In this document: one piece after another, positions 7,061 through 15,269 of the stretch
Layout of the letters: every line of letters begins with the position of its first letter
Position numbering within the stretch: the first letter of the stretch is position 1
Origin: Faecalibaculum rodentium
GTDB taxonomy: Bacteria; Bacillota_I; Bacilli_A; Erysipelotrichales; Erysipelotrichaceae
Direction: 5' to 3'
NCBI RefSeq assembly: GCF_001564455.1
Contig: NZ_CP011391.1
Span: forward strand, 2,100,001-2,132,000
Length of the DNA stretch: 32,000 nt
Notes under the pieces: generated by a model
The model's input: only the letters and a program-made list of their open reading frames with translations
Told to the model about the DNA's origin: nothing
Databases searched by the model: none
Program-made: the position numbers and the translations under genes

Positions 7061-8047
7061 TCACTCCTCGATGAGGTTCATGACACCGTTGTCACTGGCA
7101 GTTTGTCTGAATGCGTTCATTTCATCCCCAGTGAACATGGGATGAGGCGGCAGGCTGTAGTCCTGTCCCGTCATTTCGTATTTCGCCGACGCAAGCGGGT
7201 TGTAGTTGAGCAGCTCATACTTGACGCCGGGGTAATGGCCCGAGATCCACCGGGCGATGCCGCCGATGTTTTCCTTCGTGGCAGTATATCCCGGAATCAG
7301 CGGGGTGCGGATGATGACCTTGTCCCTGTGCTCCGGGGAATCCAGGAGCCAGGCAATGTTTTCCAGGATCTGGGTGTTGTCCCGCCCTGTGGCGTGTCTG
7401 TGCCCTGCCGGATCCAGGATCTTGATGTCGGCGAAGATCCGGTCAAGGTAGGGGGCACAGGCCTTCACCAGGGTCGGGTCGGCGAAGAAACTCGATTCAA
7501 TCGCGGTGTGAAATCCCTCGGCTTTGCATCGCTTCAGGATATCCTCCAGGAAGTGTCCTTGGAGAAAAGGCTCGCCACCGGAGAACGTCACGCCGCCGCC
7601 GCTCTTAAAGAATACCGCATCTTCCCGGATCTTTTCCATCAGGGTGTCCAGGTCATAGGGCGTGCTGTCGTAGCGGATCGCCGCCGCAGGACAGGCATAG
7701 ACGACTTCATCGAAATGCCCGGGGTACTGATGGTTCAGCACCGGTGCCCCGTCTTTCCATTCCAGCTGACCTGGTCTGGCAGCGGCTTTGCAGCGGCCGC
7801 AGTGAATGCACTGGTTTTTCAGATACACCGGCTGTCTGGCAGCCCTGAGCCCTTCGGGGTTCTGGCACCATTTGCAGCGAAGGGGACAGCCTTTGAAGAA
7901 CACCGTCGTGCGGATCCCGTCTCCGTCATGCACGGCAAACCGCTTGATGTCAAACACCAGAGCCTTCCAGTGAGGCTGCAGGTGATGCCTTTCAGCTTCT
8001 CCCTGAATCTCGCAGGTGTCTGTCATCTGCCTTTCAGTTGTATTCAT
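7061..8047 (-). CDS. Glycyl-radical enzyme activating enzyme (radical SAM)
   Basis: DGDGIRTTVFFKGCPLRCKWCQNPE carries the CX3CX2C motif. A ferredoxin-like Cys cluster CIHCGRC...YACPAAAI is also present. ATG 8047 has SD ggaggg. Confidence 0.9.
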   Translation of the reverse strand: MNTTERQMTDTCEIQGEAERHHLQPHWKALVFDIKRFAVHDGDGIRTTVFFKGCPLRCKWCQNPEGLRAARQPVYLKNQCIHCGRCKAAARPGQLEWKDGAPVLNHQYPGHFDEVVYACPAAAIRYDSTPYDLDTLMEKIREDAVFFKSGGGVTFSGGEPFLQGHFLEDILKRCKAEGFHTAIESSFFADPTLVKACAPYLDRIFADIKILDPAGHRHATGRDNTQILENIAWLLDSPEHRDKVIIRTPLIPGYTATKENIGGIARWISGHYPGVKYELLNYNPLASAKYEMTGQDYSLPPHPMFTGDEMNAFRQTASDNGVMNLIEE

Positions 8048-8134
8048 GAAAGGTTCCCTCCTCTCTGCCTCCGGCCTCACCCCATCTGACAGCGGTCCGG
8101 CTGCCCGGACTTCCGGCCAGCCGGTAAGGCCATA

Positions 8135-10483
8135 CTAGATATCCGCGTAGCTGGTCCGCTCGATGATTTCGTCCTGGAGCTTGCCGGCCAGTTCCGTAAA
8201 GTACGCAGTATAACCTGCAACCCGCACCGTCAGGGACTGGTGCCGCTCCGGATGGATCTGGGCATCGATCAGGTCCTCCCGGTTCACAACATTGAACTGA
8301 ATATGGGGAATCTCCAGGTCCACGAACGCCCGCAGGAAGTGCTCGAACTTGTCCCGCCCTGTCTGAGTCCGGAAGAACTCCGGCAGGAATTTCATGTTCA
8401 GCAGTCCGCCATTGGTTGTGAAGGAATCATCCATCCGGGAAACGGATTTCAGCACCGCCGTCGGTCCGGTCATGTCCCGGCCATATACCGGCGACATCCC
8501 GCCATCCGCCAGAGGCTCTTTCGCTTTCCGCCCATCGGCAGAGGCGCCGACATTTTCCCCCATCGGAACGTGAGCGCTGACGGTGTACATTCCCGTGTGG
8601 TACGGGCCGCCGCGGTAGTTGGTGTAGTCCTTCATCCGCTCCCGGAAGTAGCCAGCCCACTTGGCCCCCAGGTCATCCACCCATTGGATGTCGTTGCCGT
8701 ACTTCGGTGCCCGCTTCAGCAGCATCGTCTGCGTAATTTCATGACCCTCGAAGTTCTCCGCCAGAGCCTGCTTCAGCTCCTCGCGGGAAATCCGCTTCTC
8801 ATCGTAAACCAGTTCCTTGATCGCCGCCAGGGAATCCGCCAGGTTGGCCACCTGAATCATCTGGATCCCCGAGAGGTTGTACTTTGCGCCGCCCGCCGTG
8901 ACATCCAGGCCCTTGTCCAGGCAGTCGTCAATGACCGCCGACAGGAAAGCCGTCGGCAGACAGTCCTGATGCGCCTTTTCCACCACCACTTCGGCTTTCA
9001 TCATTTCATCAATGAAATGGTCGATGGTCTTCCGGAAGGCCTCCTCGAGTTCTTCAAAGGTTTCGAATTCCTCGATCCCCCCGAAATCCGGGCCAATCTG
9101 TTCGCCCGTCAGCAGGCACTTGCCGTGGTTCATCGCCAGCTCCAGGGCTTTGTTCAGATTGAACATCGCCGCATCGCTCCACCCCAGGTTGTTGCCGTGG
9201 GTTGTGAGCTCCACGCAGCCCACAATGGCGTAGTCCCGCGCATCTTTTTCCTCGATGCCCAGGTCCTGGACCATGGTGTGAATGATTGCCTCGTCATTGA
9301 AGAACTGCGGCATGCCGGAGCCCTTCGCCACGACCTGGATCGCATCCTGCAACAGTTCCCGGCTCGTGTTGCGGTTCAGCCGCACAGAGAGATTGGGCTG
9401 CGGCAGCCCCAGGTCGTACTGCGCCTTGAGGAGCAGCAGCGACAGGTCATTGTAGGTGTCGTTGCCCTCTTCGTCCACGCCGCCAATCGCGATATTGAAC
9501 CCGATGGGGAACCCCGCGAAGTACTTCGCCGAGTGCTGGTTGCGCAGATAGACGATCTGGTTGAATTTCAGCCACAGCGCCTCGAGGATCTCCAGAGCTT
9601 TCTGTTCCGTGAGCCTGCCCTCCCGGATGTCTTTTTCATAATACGGCCAGAGGTACTGGTCCATGCGCCCGGGCGAGAAAGAAGAAGCGTTGGATTCCAT
9701 GTGGAGGATCGTGAACAGGAACCAAAGAGACTGCACCGCTTCGTGGAAGGTCTGTGCCCCGCGGTCCGCAAGTGCCTCGCAGATATCCGCCAGATCCAGC
9801 AGATCATCCCGATAAGCTTCGTTCTCCGCCGCTGTTTTCTCCAGCAGCCGGGCATATCGCCGCATGAAGGTCCGGGCGCCTTCCATCACGAGAATCACCG
9901 CATCGTAGAACTCCGGGTTATCCGGGTGCTGTTCCTTCGCCTGCCGCGCTTTTTCCGCCAGCCCTGCTGGTCCAAGTTCCAGCCACAGCTTCGTATCCGG
10001 ACAGATGTGTCCCTGTGCATGGTCCTTCTGGTTGATCTTCACGACCTTCGCCATAGCCGAAATTTCCGGACCATAGTTCTGTGAAATCACATCTTCCATG
10101 GACCGCCCGTGCCAATATGGATAGATTTCTTCCCGGAACTCCCGGATGTCTTCCTCACGCACCTGGAACTTGTCCTGGGGCCTGGTGGGCAGTGTCTCGA
10201 ATTCCTCGTTGATCCATTTCAGACCCGATTCCGGGAACACCACACCCGCGCGGACGCCTTTGGTCCGGTTGCCGACGATGAGTTCCTCGGGCTGCACTGC
10301 AATTTCGAGTTCCTCCAGCGCGGCTTTCAGGGAAAGGGCACGCTTGAGTACCGTGGACTTGTCTTCGTTTTCCTTATAGACCCGGGTGATGATTCGTGCC
10401 TGTTCAATGGAGGCATACCGGGGCTCCGCGAGCATTTTGTCTTTCAGAATGTCAATGCGTTCTGTTTTCTTCAAATCTTTCAT
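8135..10483 (-). CDS. Glycyl radical enzyme, PflD/YbiW-like clade (dehydratase-type GRE, not a true pyruvate formate-lyase)
   Basis: 782 aa. Glycyl motif VRVAGYTAYF and Cys loop IVGCVELT. Long by-eye matches to E. coli PflD as I recall it: LPTRPQDKFQVREED, YPYWHGRSMED, MESNASSFSPGRMDQY, YFAGFPIGF, LPQPNLSVR, GMPQFFNDE. The stop codon is TAG. Confidence 0.9.
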   Translation of the reverse strand: MKDLKKTERIDILKDKMLAEPRYASIEQARIITRVYKENEDKSTVLKRALSLKAALEELEIAVQPEELIVGNRTKGVRAGVVFPESGLKWINEEFETLPTRPQDKFQVREEDIREFREEIYPYWHGRSMEDVISQNYGPEISAMAKVVKINQKDHAQGHICPDTKLWLELGPAGLAEKARQAKEQHPDNPEFYDAVILVMEGARTFMRRYARLLEKTAAENEAYRDDLLDLADICEALADRGAQTFHEAVQSLWFLFTILHMESNASSFSPGRMDQYLWPYYEKDIREGRLTEQKALEILEALWLKFNQIVYLRNQHSAKYFAGFPIGFNIAIGGVDEEGNDTYNDLSLLLLKAQYDLGLPQPNLSVRLNRNTSRELLQDAIQVVAKGSGMPQFFNDEAIIHTMVQDLGIEEKDARDYAIVGCVELTTHGNNLGWSDAAMFNLNKALELAMNHGKCLLTGEQIGPDFGGIEEFETFEELEEAFRKTIDHFIDEMMKAEVVVEKAHQDCLPTAFLSAVIDDCLDKGLDVTAGGAKYNLSGIQMIQVANLADSLAAIKELVYDEKRISREELKQALAENFEGHEITQTMLLKRAPKYGNDIQWVDDLGAKWAGYFRERMKDYTNYRGGPYHTGMYTVSAHVPMGENVGASADGRKAKEPLADGGMSPVYGRDMTGPTAVLKSVSRMDDSFTTNGGLLNMKFLPEFFRTQTGRDKFEHFLRAFVDLEIPHIQFNVVNREDLIDAQIHPERHQSLTVRVAGYTAYFTELAGKLQDEIIERTSYADI

Positions 10484-10513
10484 TGCGTGCTCCTTGTCTT
10501 GTTTACACTTACC

Positions 10514-10541
10514 AGTATACCGAAATAACTCTTGTTTTCAA
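10514..10541 (-). promoter_or_regulatory. Candidate sigma-70 promoter of the GRE operon: TTGAAA-16-TATACT
   Basis: The minus strand reads ttgaaaacaagagttatttcggtatact, about 30 nt upstream of ATG 10483, which has SD aaggag. Confidence 0.55.
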
Positions 10542-10734
10542 TTGTTTTATATTGTTTTTGCGAATAAACGAGACAGAACAGTCTTTCCTGCCGATGATGA
10601 CAGGCAGCTGAAGGCGCGGCTGCAGCCGGGCATTCAGCACGCCGCCCTGGATGTGTGTTCCTGTTAATCTGGAAAATCCTGGGGATAGCGGTGCTCTGAA
10701 GATCGGTTGAAATAAAAAGGCAGCCAATAATCTG

Positions 10735-10857
10735 GATTTGCGTGAGAAACGGTCTGTTATGGAGAGAGTTCAGGCTTTTCGTGAGAAAATTGCGTGTTTT
10801 CGTGAGATTTATCGTGAGAAATCTCACGAAAATCTCAGGATTCACAGGAAAACCGGC
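10735..10857. repeat. CGTGAGA heptamer array, unit 1 (4 direct copies plus 1 inverted copy forming the palindrome CGTGAGA-AA-TCTCACG at 10813..10828)
   Basis: cgtgaga occurs at 10741, 10780, 10801 and 10813, and tctcacg at 10822. About 75 bp (10780-10857) is ~85-90 percent identical by eye to unit 2. Confidence 0.8.
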
Positions 10858-10951
10858 TGTTTTGGGAAGAAAAAGAGGAGGATTCTCTGCTCAGAAGGTA
10901 ATCATTAGTTGATATAGCAGAGAATAATATAAAATGAGTAATCCAGCAGTG

Positions 10952-11055
10952 AATTTGCGTGAGATTTTTTCCTTTTCATGAGAAAAATGTCCGTTTTCGT
11001 GAGAATTATCGTGAGAAATCTCACGAAACTCTCAGGATTTCACACGATTTCCGGA
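10952..11055. repeat. CGTGAGA heptamer array, unit 2 (palindrome CGTGAGA-AA-TCTCACG at 11010..11025)
   Basis: cgtgaga occurs at 10958, 10998 and 11010, a degenerate catgaga at 10977, and tctcacg at 11019. The last three heptamers are offset exactly 197 bp from their unit 1 counterparts. Confidence 0.8.
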
Positions 11056-11076
11056 TTTCTCCATAGCCTCCTATCC

Positions 11077-11128
11077 AAAAAACTGCCGGTGAAGCCCTGT
11101 GTATTCCACAGCCTTCATCGGCAGTTTT
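11077..11128 (-). terminator. Rho-independent (bidirectional) terminator after deoR
   Basis: A6, a 12-bp stem ctgccggtgaag/cttcatcggcag (one G-U pair), then T4. On the minus strand the hairpin is followed by tttttt, 11 nt after the regulator stop. Confidence 0.7.
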
Positions 11129-11138
11129 ATCATGGTTC

Positions 11139-11891
11139 TTACAATACCTCGGTGAGCTCCGCTGCAGCCTGCCGCTGGGTGGAACTGTCGCCGGTGATCA
11201 GGACATCGAAGTCCGAGACATGAGCGAAAATGAATGCACCGTCCTGGTTGAACTTGCTGCTTTCCGCAAACAGCACCGTCCGGCGGCTGGACTCCATGAC
11301 GGCTTTTTTCGTGAGTCCATCCTCGACGTTGTAGGTCATGACCGCATCCTTGTCGAGATTCACCCCCACGGCCCCCATGAAGGAGACCGCAAAATTGAAT
11401 TCCCGGATCTGGCGCTGGGCGAGTCCCCCGACAAATCCGTCCCGTCCTTTGTTCAGCTGGCCGCCAATGAACAGCACCTGCCGGTTTTCATCTGCGGCGA
11501 AAAGATCCAGGATCTGTGTCATATTCGTGACCACCGTGACATCGATGTTTTCCTGGATCATGAGCCGCGCCAGCTGCAGCGTGGTGCTCGATATCCCCAG
11601 AAACACCAGGGATCCCGGCTCCATGAGCGACAGCGCTTTGCGGGCCATGGCAGTTTTTTCCTCCACGTTCTCAATCACCCGGTCCCGGGCCTTCATGATG
11701 TGGAAATTGCTGCGGACGCTCACAGCTCCGCCGTGGATGCGCCTGAGCTGTCCCTGTTTCTCCAGCGCTGTCAGGTCCTTGCGGATGCAGTCTTCTGTCA
11801 CTTCGAATTCCCGTGCCAGGTCCTTCACCAGCACCTGCCGGGTGATGGCCAGCCGCCGCAGGATCTGCTCGTGGCGTTCGTTCTGCGTCAT
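11139..11891 (-). CDS. DeoR/GlpR-family transcriptional regulator
   Basis: 250 aa. N-terminal HTH RHEQILRRLAITRQVLVKDLAREFEVTEDCIRKDLTALE with a C-terminal DeoR-type sugar-phosphate sensor region. Its ATG overlaps the proC stop (ATGA). Confidence 0.9.
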   Translation of the reverse strand: MTQNERHEQILRRLAITRQVLVKDLAREFEVTEDCIRKDLTALEKQGQLRRIHGGAVSVRSNFHIMKARDRVIENVEEKTAMARKALSLMEPGSLVFLGISSTTLQLARLMIQENIDVTVVTNMTQILDLFAADENRQVLFIGGQLNKGRDGFVGGLAQRQIREFNFAVSFMGAVGVNLDKDAVMTYNVEDGLTKKAVMESSRRTVLFAESSKFNQDGAFIFAHVSDFDVLITGDSSTQRQAAAELTEVL

Positions 11892-12670
11892 TGCCGGTTC
11901 ATCACCGCATCCACCGCATCAATGATGTCACCCCGGAATCCGTCTTTTTCCAGCTGCGACACCCCGCGGATCGTGGTGCCCCCGGGACTGCAGACAGAAT
12001 CTTTCATCACTCCGGGGTGATTGTGGTCAGCCATGAACAGCGCACCGGTGCCTTCCAGGACCCGGGCCGCCATTTCCAGTGCCTGCGCCCGCTGCAGGCC
12101 ATATTTTACGCCTGCATCCGAGAGAGCCTCGATGAACATCGCCGCAAATGCCGGGGAGCATCCGGCTATGGTCCCTGCGATGCCCATGTGCTCGCTGTCC
12201 ACCGGTGCAATCAGCGCGATGGGCCCGAACAGCTCCGCCAGTTTTGCCTCCATATCTGCACTGAGAGTGGACCCGGTTTCCCACACCAGGATCCCCTGCC
12301 CCACGCGGATGGGTGTATTGGGCATCACACAGAGGCTTTCGCAGTCATCCGGCAGCAGCGGCCGGAGTTTCCTGTCGGTAAATCCCGCCGCAATGCAGAC
12401 GACGGTTTTGTTCACCAGTGCACTGCGGATCTCCTGTGTCACGGTCTCCATCATATAGGGTTTGACAGCCAGGATCACCACATCTCCGGCTGCCGCAGCC
12501 TCCAGATTTGTCTGACAGGCATGAATGCCGAGCGTGGCGGCTTTTTTCTCCAGTTTGTCGAAATGCGCTGCACTGGCGTAGATGTTCTGCGCCGGCAGGC
12601 AGTCAAATTCGATCAGTCCCTGAGCCATGGCCCCTGCCATGTTCCCGAATCCAATAAATGAAAGCTTCAT
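11888..12670 (-). CDS. proC: Pyrroline-5-carboxylate reductase
   Basis: 260 aa. The N-terminus MKLSFIGFGNMAGAMAQGL is a Rossmann motif, and ...MPNTP...GTIAGCSPAF...VCSPGGTTI... are typical ProC motifs. Confidence 0.9.
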   Translation of the reverse strand: MKLSFIGFGNMAGAMAQGLIEFDCLPAQNIYASAAHFDKLEKKAATLGIHACQTNLEAAAAGDVVILAVKPYMMETVTQEIRSALVNKTVVCIAAGFTDRKLRPLLPDDCESLCVMPNTPIRVGQGILVWETGSTLSADMEAKLAELFGPIALIAPVDSEHMGIAGTIAGCSPAFAAMFIEALSDAGVKYGLQRAQALEMAARVLEGTGALFMADHNHPGVMKDSVCSPGGTTIRGVSQLEKDGFRGDIIDAVDAVMNRQ

Positions 12671-12698
12671 GGTGTCTCCTTCTGTTCCTTCTGTACCT

Positions 12699-12744
12699 TA
12701 TTATTTGTATCTTCTGTTTTCTATTACTTGTATCCTCTGTTTTC
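12699..12744. repeat. Two tandem 23-bp direct repeats in the proC upstream region
   Basis: tattatttgtatcttctgttttc (12699-12721) is followed directly by tattacttgtatcctctgttttc (12722-12744), with 2 mismatches. They lie 29-74 nt upstream of the proC ATG. Confidence 0.8.
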
Positions 12745-12843
12745 TGCTGTCAGGCAGCATCCCCCCAAGCCTCTGGACCGGGCAGCCATCTTCCGATGTC
12801 CCTGTCTGCCGGCATTGGCAGGCGGTCCCTGCGTACAGGCTGA

Positions 12844-13755
12844 CTACTGCTTCCGGAAAATCTTCCAGTTGCGGATTACCAGGATCTCCGCCAGTGTCAG
12901 GATCACGCAGAACACGATCACCGACGTATAGCCCCAGGGCTCCTTGAGCAGGTGCATGTTCACGAAATTCATTCCGAACCAGCCGGTGATCAGCGTCAGA
13001 GGGGTAAAAATCGATGTCACGATCGTCAACAGATTCACCAGGTCATTCTGACGCTCCGAGAGCTTTGCCTGCTTCATGTCCAGCACCTGTGTCAGGGATT
13101 CCTTCAGCGTGTGTGTCATCTGCGCGAGGTGCTGCACACGCTGGATGTACAGGGACAGCAGCGTCTGGGCGGTTTCATCCCCGGACTGCACCACGACCTG
13201 TTCCATGGTCTGGGCCATGTTCGAGAGCTGCTCGTAGTAGGTGTACAGGGCATTGAGCTGACTGCGCATGTACATGAAATCCTTGCCGGTGTCCGCAACT
13301 GTGCCGGCATTCATGCGCTCGGCGAGCTGGGAGAGCGTCTTTTCGTATCCCTGCAGGACGTAGAGATCCTCCCGGATCAGGTATTCCATGAAGTCCAAAA
13401 GAAACACCAGCGGTGTCCGGATCTCATCGTCGTATTCTTCCTCCATGGCCCTGACTTTCTTGCGCACCTTGGAGCCTTCGTCAATGAAATACAGCTTGTC
13501 GGGAGTCAGGCAGAAGGCAAAGATGTTGTGCGAAATCTGGAGGTTTTTCTTGGACGGGATCACAAAGGTCCCGTACACCAGTCCCCGGAAGTTCGAGGCC
13601 TTGCAGAATTCCGGCTTGCTGATGACTTTGTCAATGTGCCTGATGCTGCAGATCCCCGGCTCTTTCTTGCGGAATTCCTCCAGCCCCAGGATCTCCACCT
13701 GGTCGGCGTCTGACTGCACCGTCGTGTTTTCGGTTTCCACGGTTTCCATGTTCAT
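12844..13755 (-). CDS. corA: CorA-family magnesium/cobalt transporter
   Basis: 303 aa. The C-terminus carries two hydrophobic helices and the signature ITGWFGMNFVNM (GMN motif). Confidence 0.85.
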   Translation of the reverse strand: MNMETVETENTTVQSDADQVEILGLEEFRKKEPGICSIRHIDKVISKPEFCKASNFRGLVYGTFVIPSKKNLQISHNIFAFCLTPDKLYFIDEGSKVRKKVRAMEEEYDDEIRTPLVFLLDFMEYLIREDLYVLQGYEKTLSQLAERMNAGTVADTGKDFMYMRSQLNALYTYYEQLSNMAQTMEQVVVQSGDETAQTLLSLYIQRVQHLAQMTHTLKESLTQVLDMKQAKLSERQNDLVNLLTIVTSIFTPLTLITGWFGMNFVNMHLLKEPWGYTSVIVFCVILTLAEILVIRNWKIFRKQ

Positions 13756-14429
13756 GCCTCCTGGTGTCCTGTTACGGCTGATGCCGGTTCTGCTGCGGAT
13801 GCCCGACTGGCTGCCGGATTGCTCCGTCCGCCTTCGGTTTTTCCATCATCGGCCTCCGGGTCTGCAGAAGCGCTGTCCTTCAGGCGGTAGAAATGGGCGC
13901 GGGAAATGCCATAGACTTTCTCCCGGAACTTTTCCAGGTTCCCGTACTCCGAAGCCATGTCCTTTTCCTTCCGGGTGCGGATCACGAGCACGCCATCGTC
14001 CTCCAGCAGACGGGTCTGGCCCATGCGCTGCATAACAGGTTCGAAGATCTCGTCCACGGTGTAGGGAGGATCGAGATAAATGATGTCAAAGGTCTCCCCT
14101 TTTTTGTCGAGACGGCTGACGGCGTCGAACACATCTTCCTGGAGCACCACGGCGTGTTTCATGAGTCCCAGATTCTGCAGGTTGCGGCGGATGACATCGG
14201 CGGCATCTTTCCGTTTTTCCACCATGACGGCGCGCTCTGCCCCGCGGGAGAGGGCTTCGATGCCCATGGATCCCGATCCGGAGAAGAGATCGAGAAAGCG
14301 GCAGCCCGGAATGTCGAACTGCCAGATATTGAAAAGAGACTGCCGGATTTTGTCCGTCACGGGGCGGGTATCCAGCCCGGCGGGTGCTTCGATGGCACGG
14401 CCTCTTGCGGTTCCTGAAATCACTCGCAT
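13752..14429 (-). CDS. rsmD: 16S rRNA (guanine966-N2)-methyltransferase RsmD with a low-complexity C-terminal tail
   Basis: MRVISGTARGRAIEAPAGLDTRPVTDKIRQSLFNIW...FLDLFSGSGSMGIEALSRGA...IYLDPPY. It overlaps the corA start by 4 bp. Confidence 0.85.
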   Translation of the reverse strand: MRVISGTARGRAIEAPAGLDTRPVTDKIRQSLFNIWQFDIPGCRFLDLFSGSGSMGIEALSRGAERAVMVEKRKDAADVIRRNLQNLGLMKHAVVLQEDVFDAVSRLDKKGETFDIIYLDPPYTVDEIFEPVMQRMGQTRLLEDDGVLVIRTRKEKDMASEYGNLEKFREKVYGISRAHFYRLKDSASADPEADDGKTEGGRSNPAASRASAAEPASAVTGHQEA

Positions 14430-14520
14430 GCGATCACCTCGTTACAAGGATAGCACGGCAGCTGCCGCGACGGGCAACAGGAAGCAGAAGCGGGGTCCAG
14501 GGAGCTGATATACTGGGGCC

Positions 14521-15234
14521 ATGAAACGGAAAGAAATCAGAGAGAGCCTGTGTCGCGGACAGCCGGGTTCAGTGGCAGCCGGGCTGCAGGATCTGGCGGA
14601 TCCCGTATATCAGGCGTTTTTTGCCCGTCTGGTCCCGGAGGGCGAAGTGCTGGGGGTGAAGATGCCGGCGCTGCGGACCTGGGCGAAGGGGCTGTCCGAA
14701 GAGGAAAGGCAGTCTTTTATGACACACCTTCCCCATCGGTATGTGGAGGAGAACCAGGCGCATGTGCTCATGATCAACGAGATACGGGAGTTTGGGGCAG
14801 CGGCAGATGCCCTGCGAAGATTTGCACCCTTTGCGGACAACTGGGCTGTGACGGATGCCCTCAATCCCCGGGCGTTCCGGTGCGATCCGGATACGGAGTC
14901 CCTGGCCTGTGAGCTGCTGAGGGATGACAATCCCTATGCGGTGCGGATGGGCATGCTGATCCTGATGCGGCGGTTTCTGAAGACCGATCCACACCTGCCG
15001 CAGATCCTGGCCGTCAGGCGCAGCCATGACACGCTGGCGATGATGACCGCCTGGTTTCTGGCAGAGCTGGCCATCCACGATCCGGAAGCGGTTCTGGATG
15101 TCATCGATACGCTGGACTGGGCAACAGCAAAGCGCCTCGGTCAGAAAGTGCGGGATTCCAGGCGGATCGGGCAGAATGTCAAGGACCGGATTTCCGAAGC
15201 TTGCCGAAGACGCAGACCGATGCCGGTGCACTGA
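14521..15234 (+). CDS. DNA alkylation repair protein (AlkD-like HEAT-repeat glycosylase family)
   Basis: 237 aa. LADPVYQAFFARLVPEGEVLGVKMPALRTWAKGL...FAPFADNWAVTDAL resembles the AlkD/AlkC-type family. There is no clear SD, and TATACT lies about 12 nt before the ATG. Confidence 0.7.
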   Translation: MKRKEIRESLCRGQPGSVAAGLQDLADPVYQAFFARLVPEGEVLGVKMPALRTWAKGLSEEERQSFMTHLPHRYVEENQAHVLMINEIREFGAAADALRRFAPFADNWAVTDALNPRAFRCDPDTESLACELLRDDNPYAVRMGMLILMRRFLKTDPHLPQILAVRRSHDTLAMMTAWFLAELAIHDPEAVLDVIDTLDWATAKRLGQKVRDSRRIGQNVKDRISEACRRRRPMPVH

Positions 15235-15269
15235 GGCAGAAGCCGGAGCGCATAGGATCGTCCCGGGTG

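Noticed and set aside
8240-10084. 614-aa plus-strand ORF antisense to the glycyl radical enzyme
   Set aside because: A shadow ORF of a GC-rich gene. Its composition is Arg/Pro/Gly/His-rich with no motifs, while the opposite strand encodes an unmistakable GRE.
10741-11025. Possibility that the CGTGAGA repeat array is a CRISPR array
   Set aside because: The repeated unit is only 7-16 bp with irregular spacings of 12-39 bp. The two ~100-bp units are copies of each other, including their would-be spacers. No cas genes are nearby.
8135-12670. Interpretation of the GRE as trans-4-hydroxy-L-proline dehydratase (HypD) because proC (P5C reductase) is nearby
   Set aside because: HypD loci do pair with P5C reductase. 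Here, however, proC is in a separate upstream transcription unit ended by a strong terminator. The GRE operon instead contains an Fsa-type aldolase, and by eye the GRE sequence follows PflD motifs. I keep this as an alternative to be settled by phylogeny.
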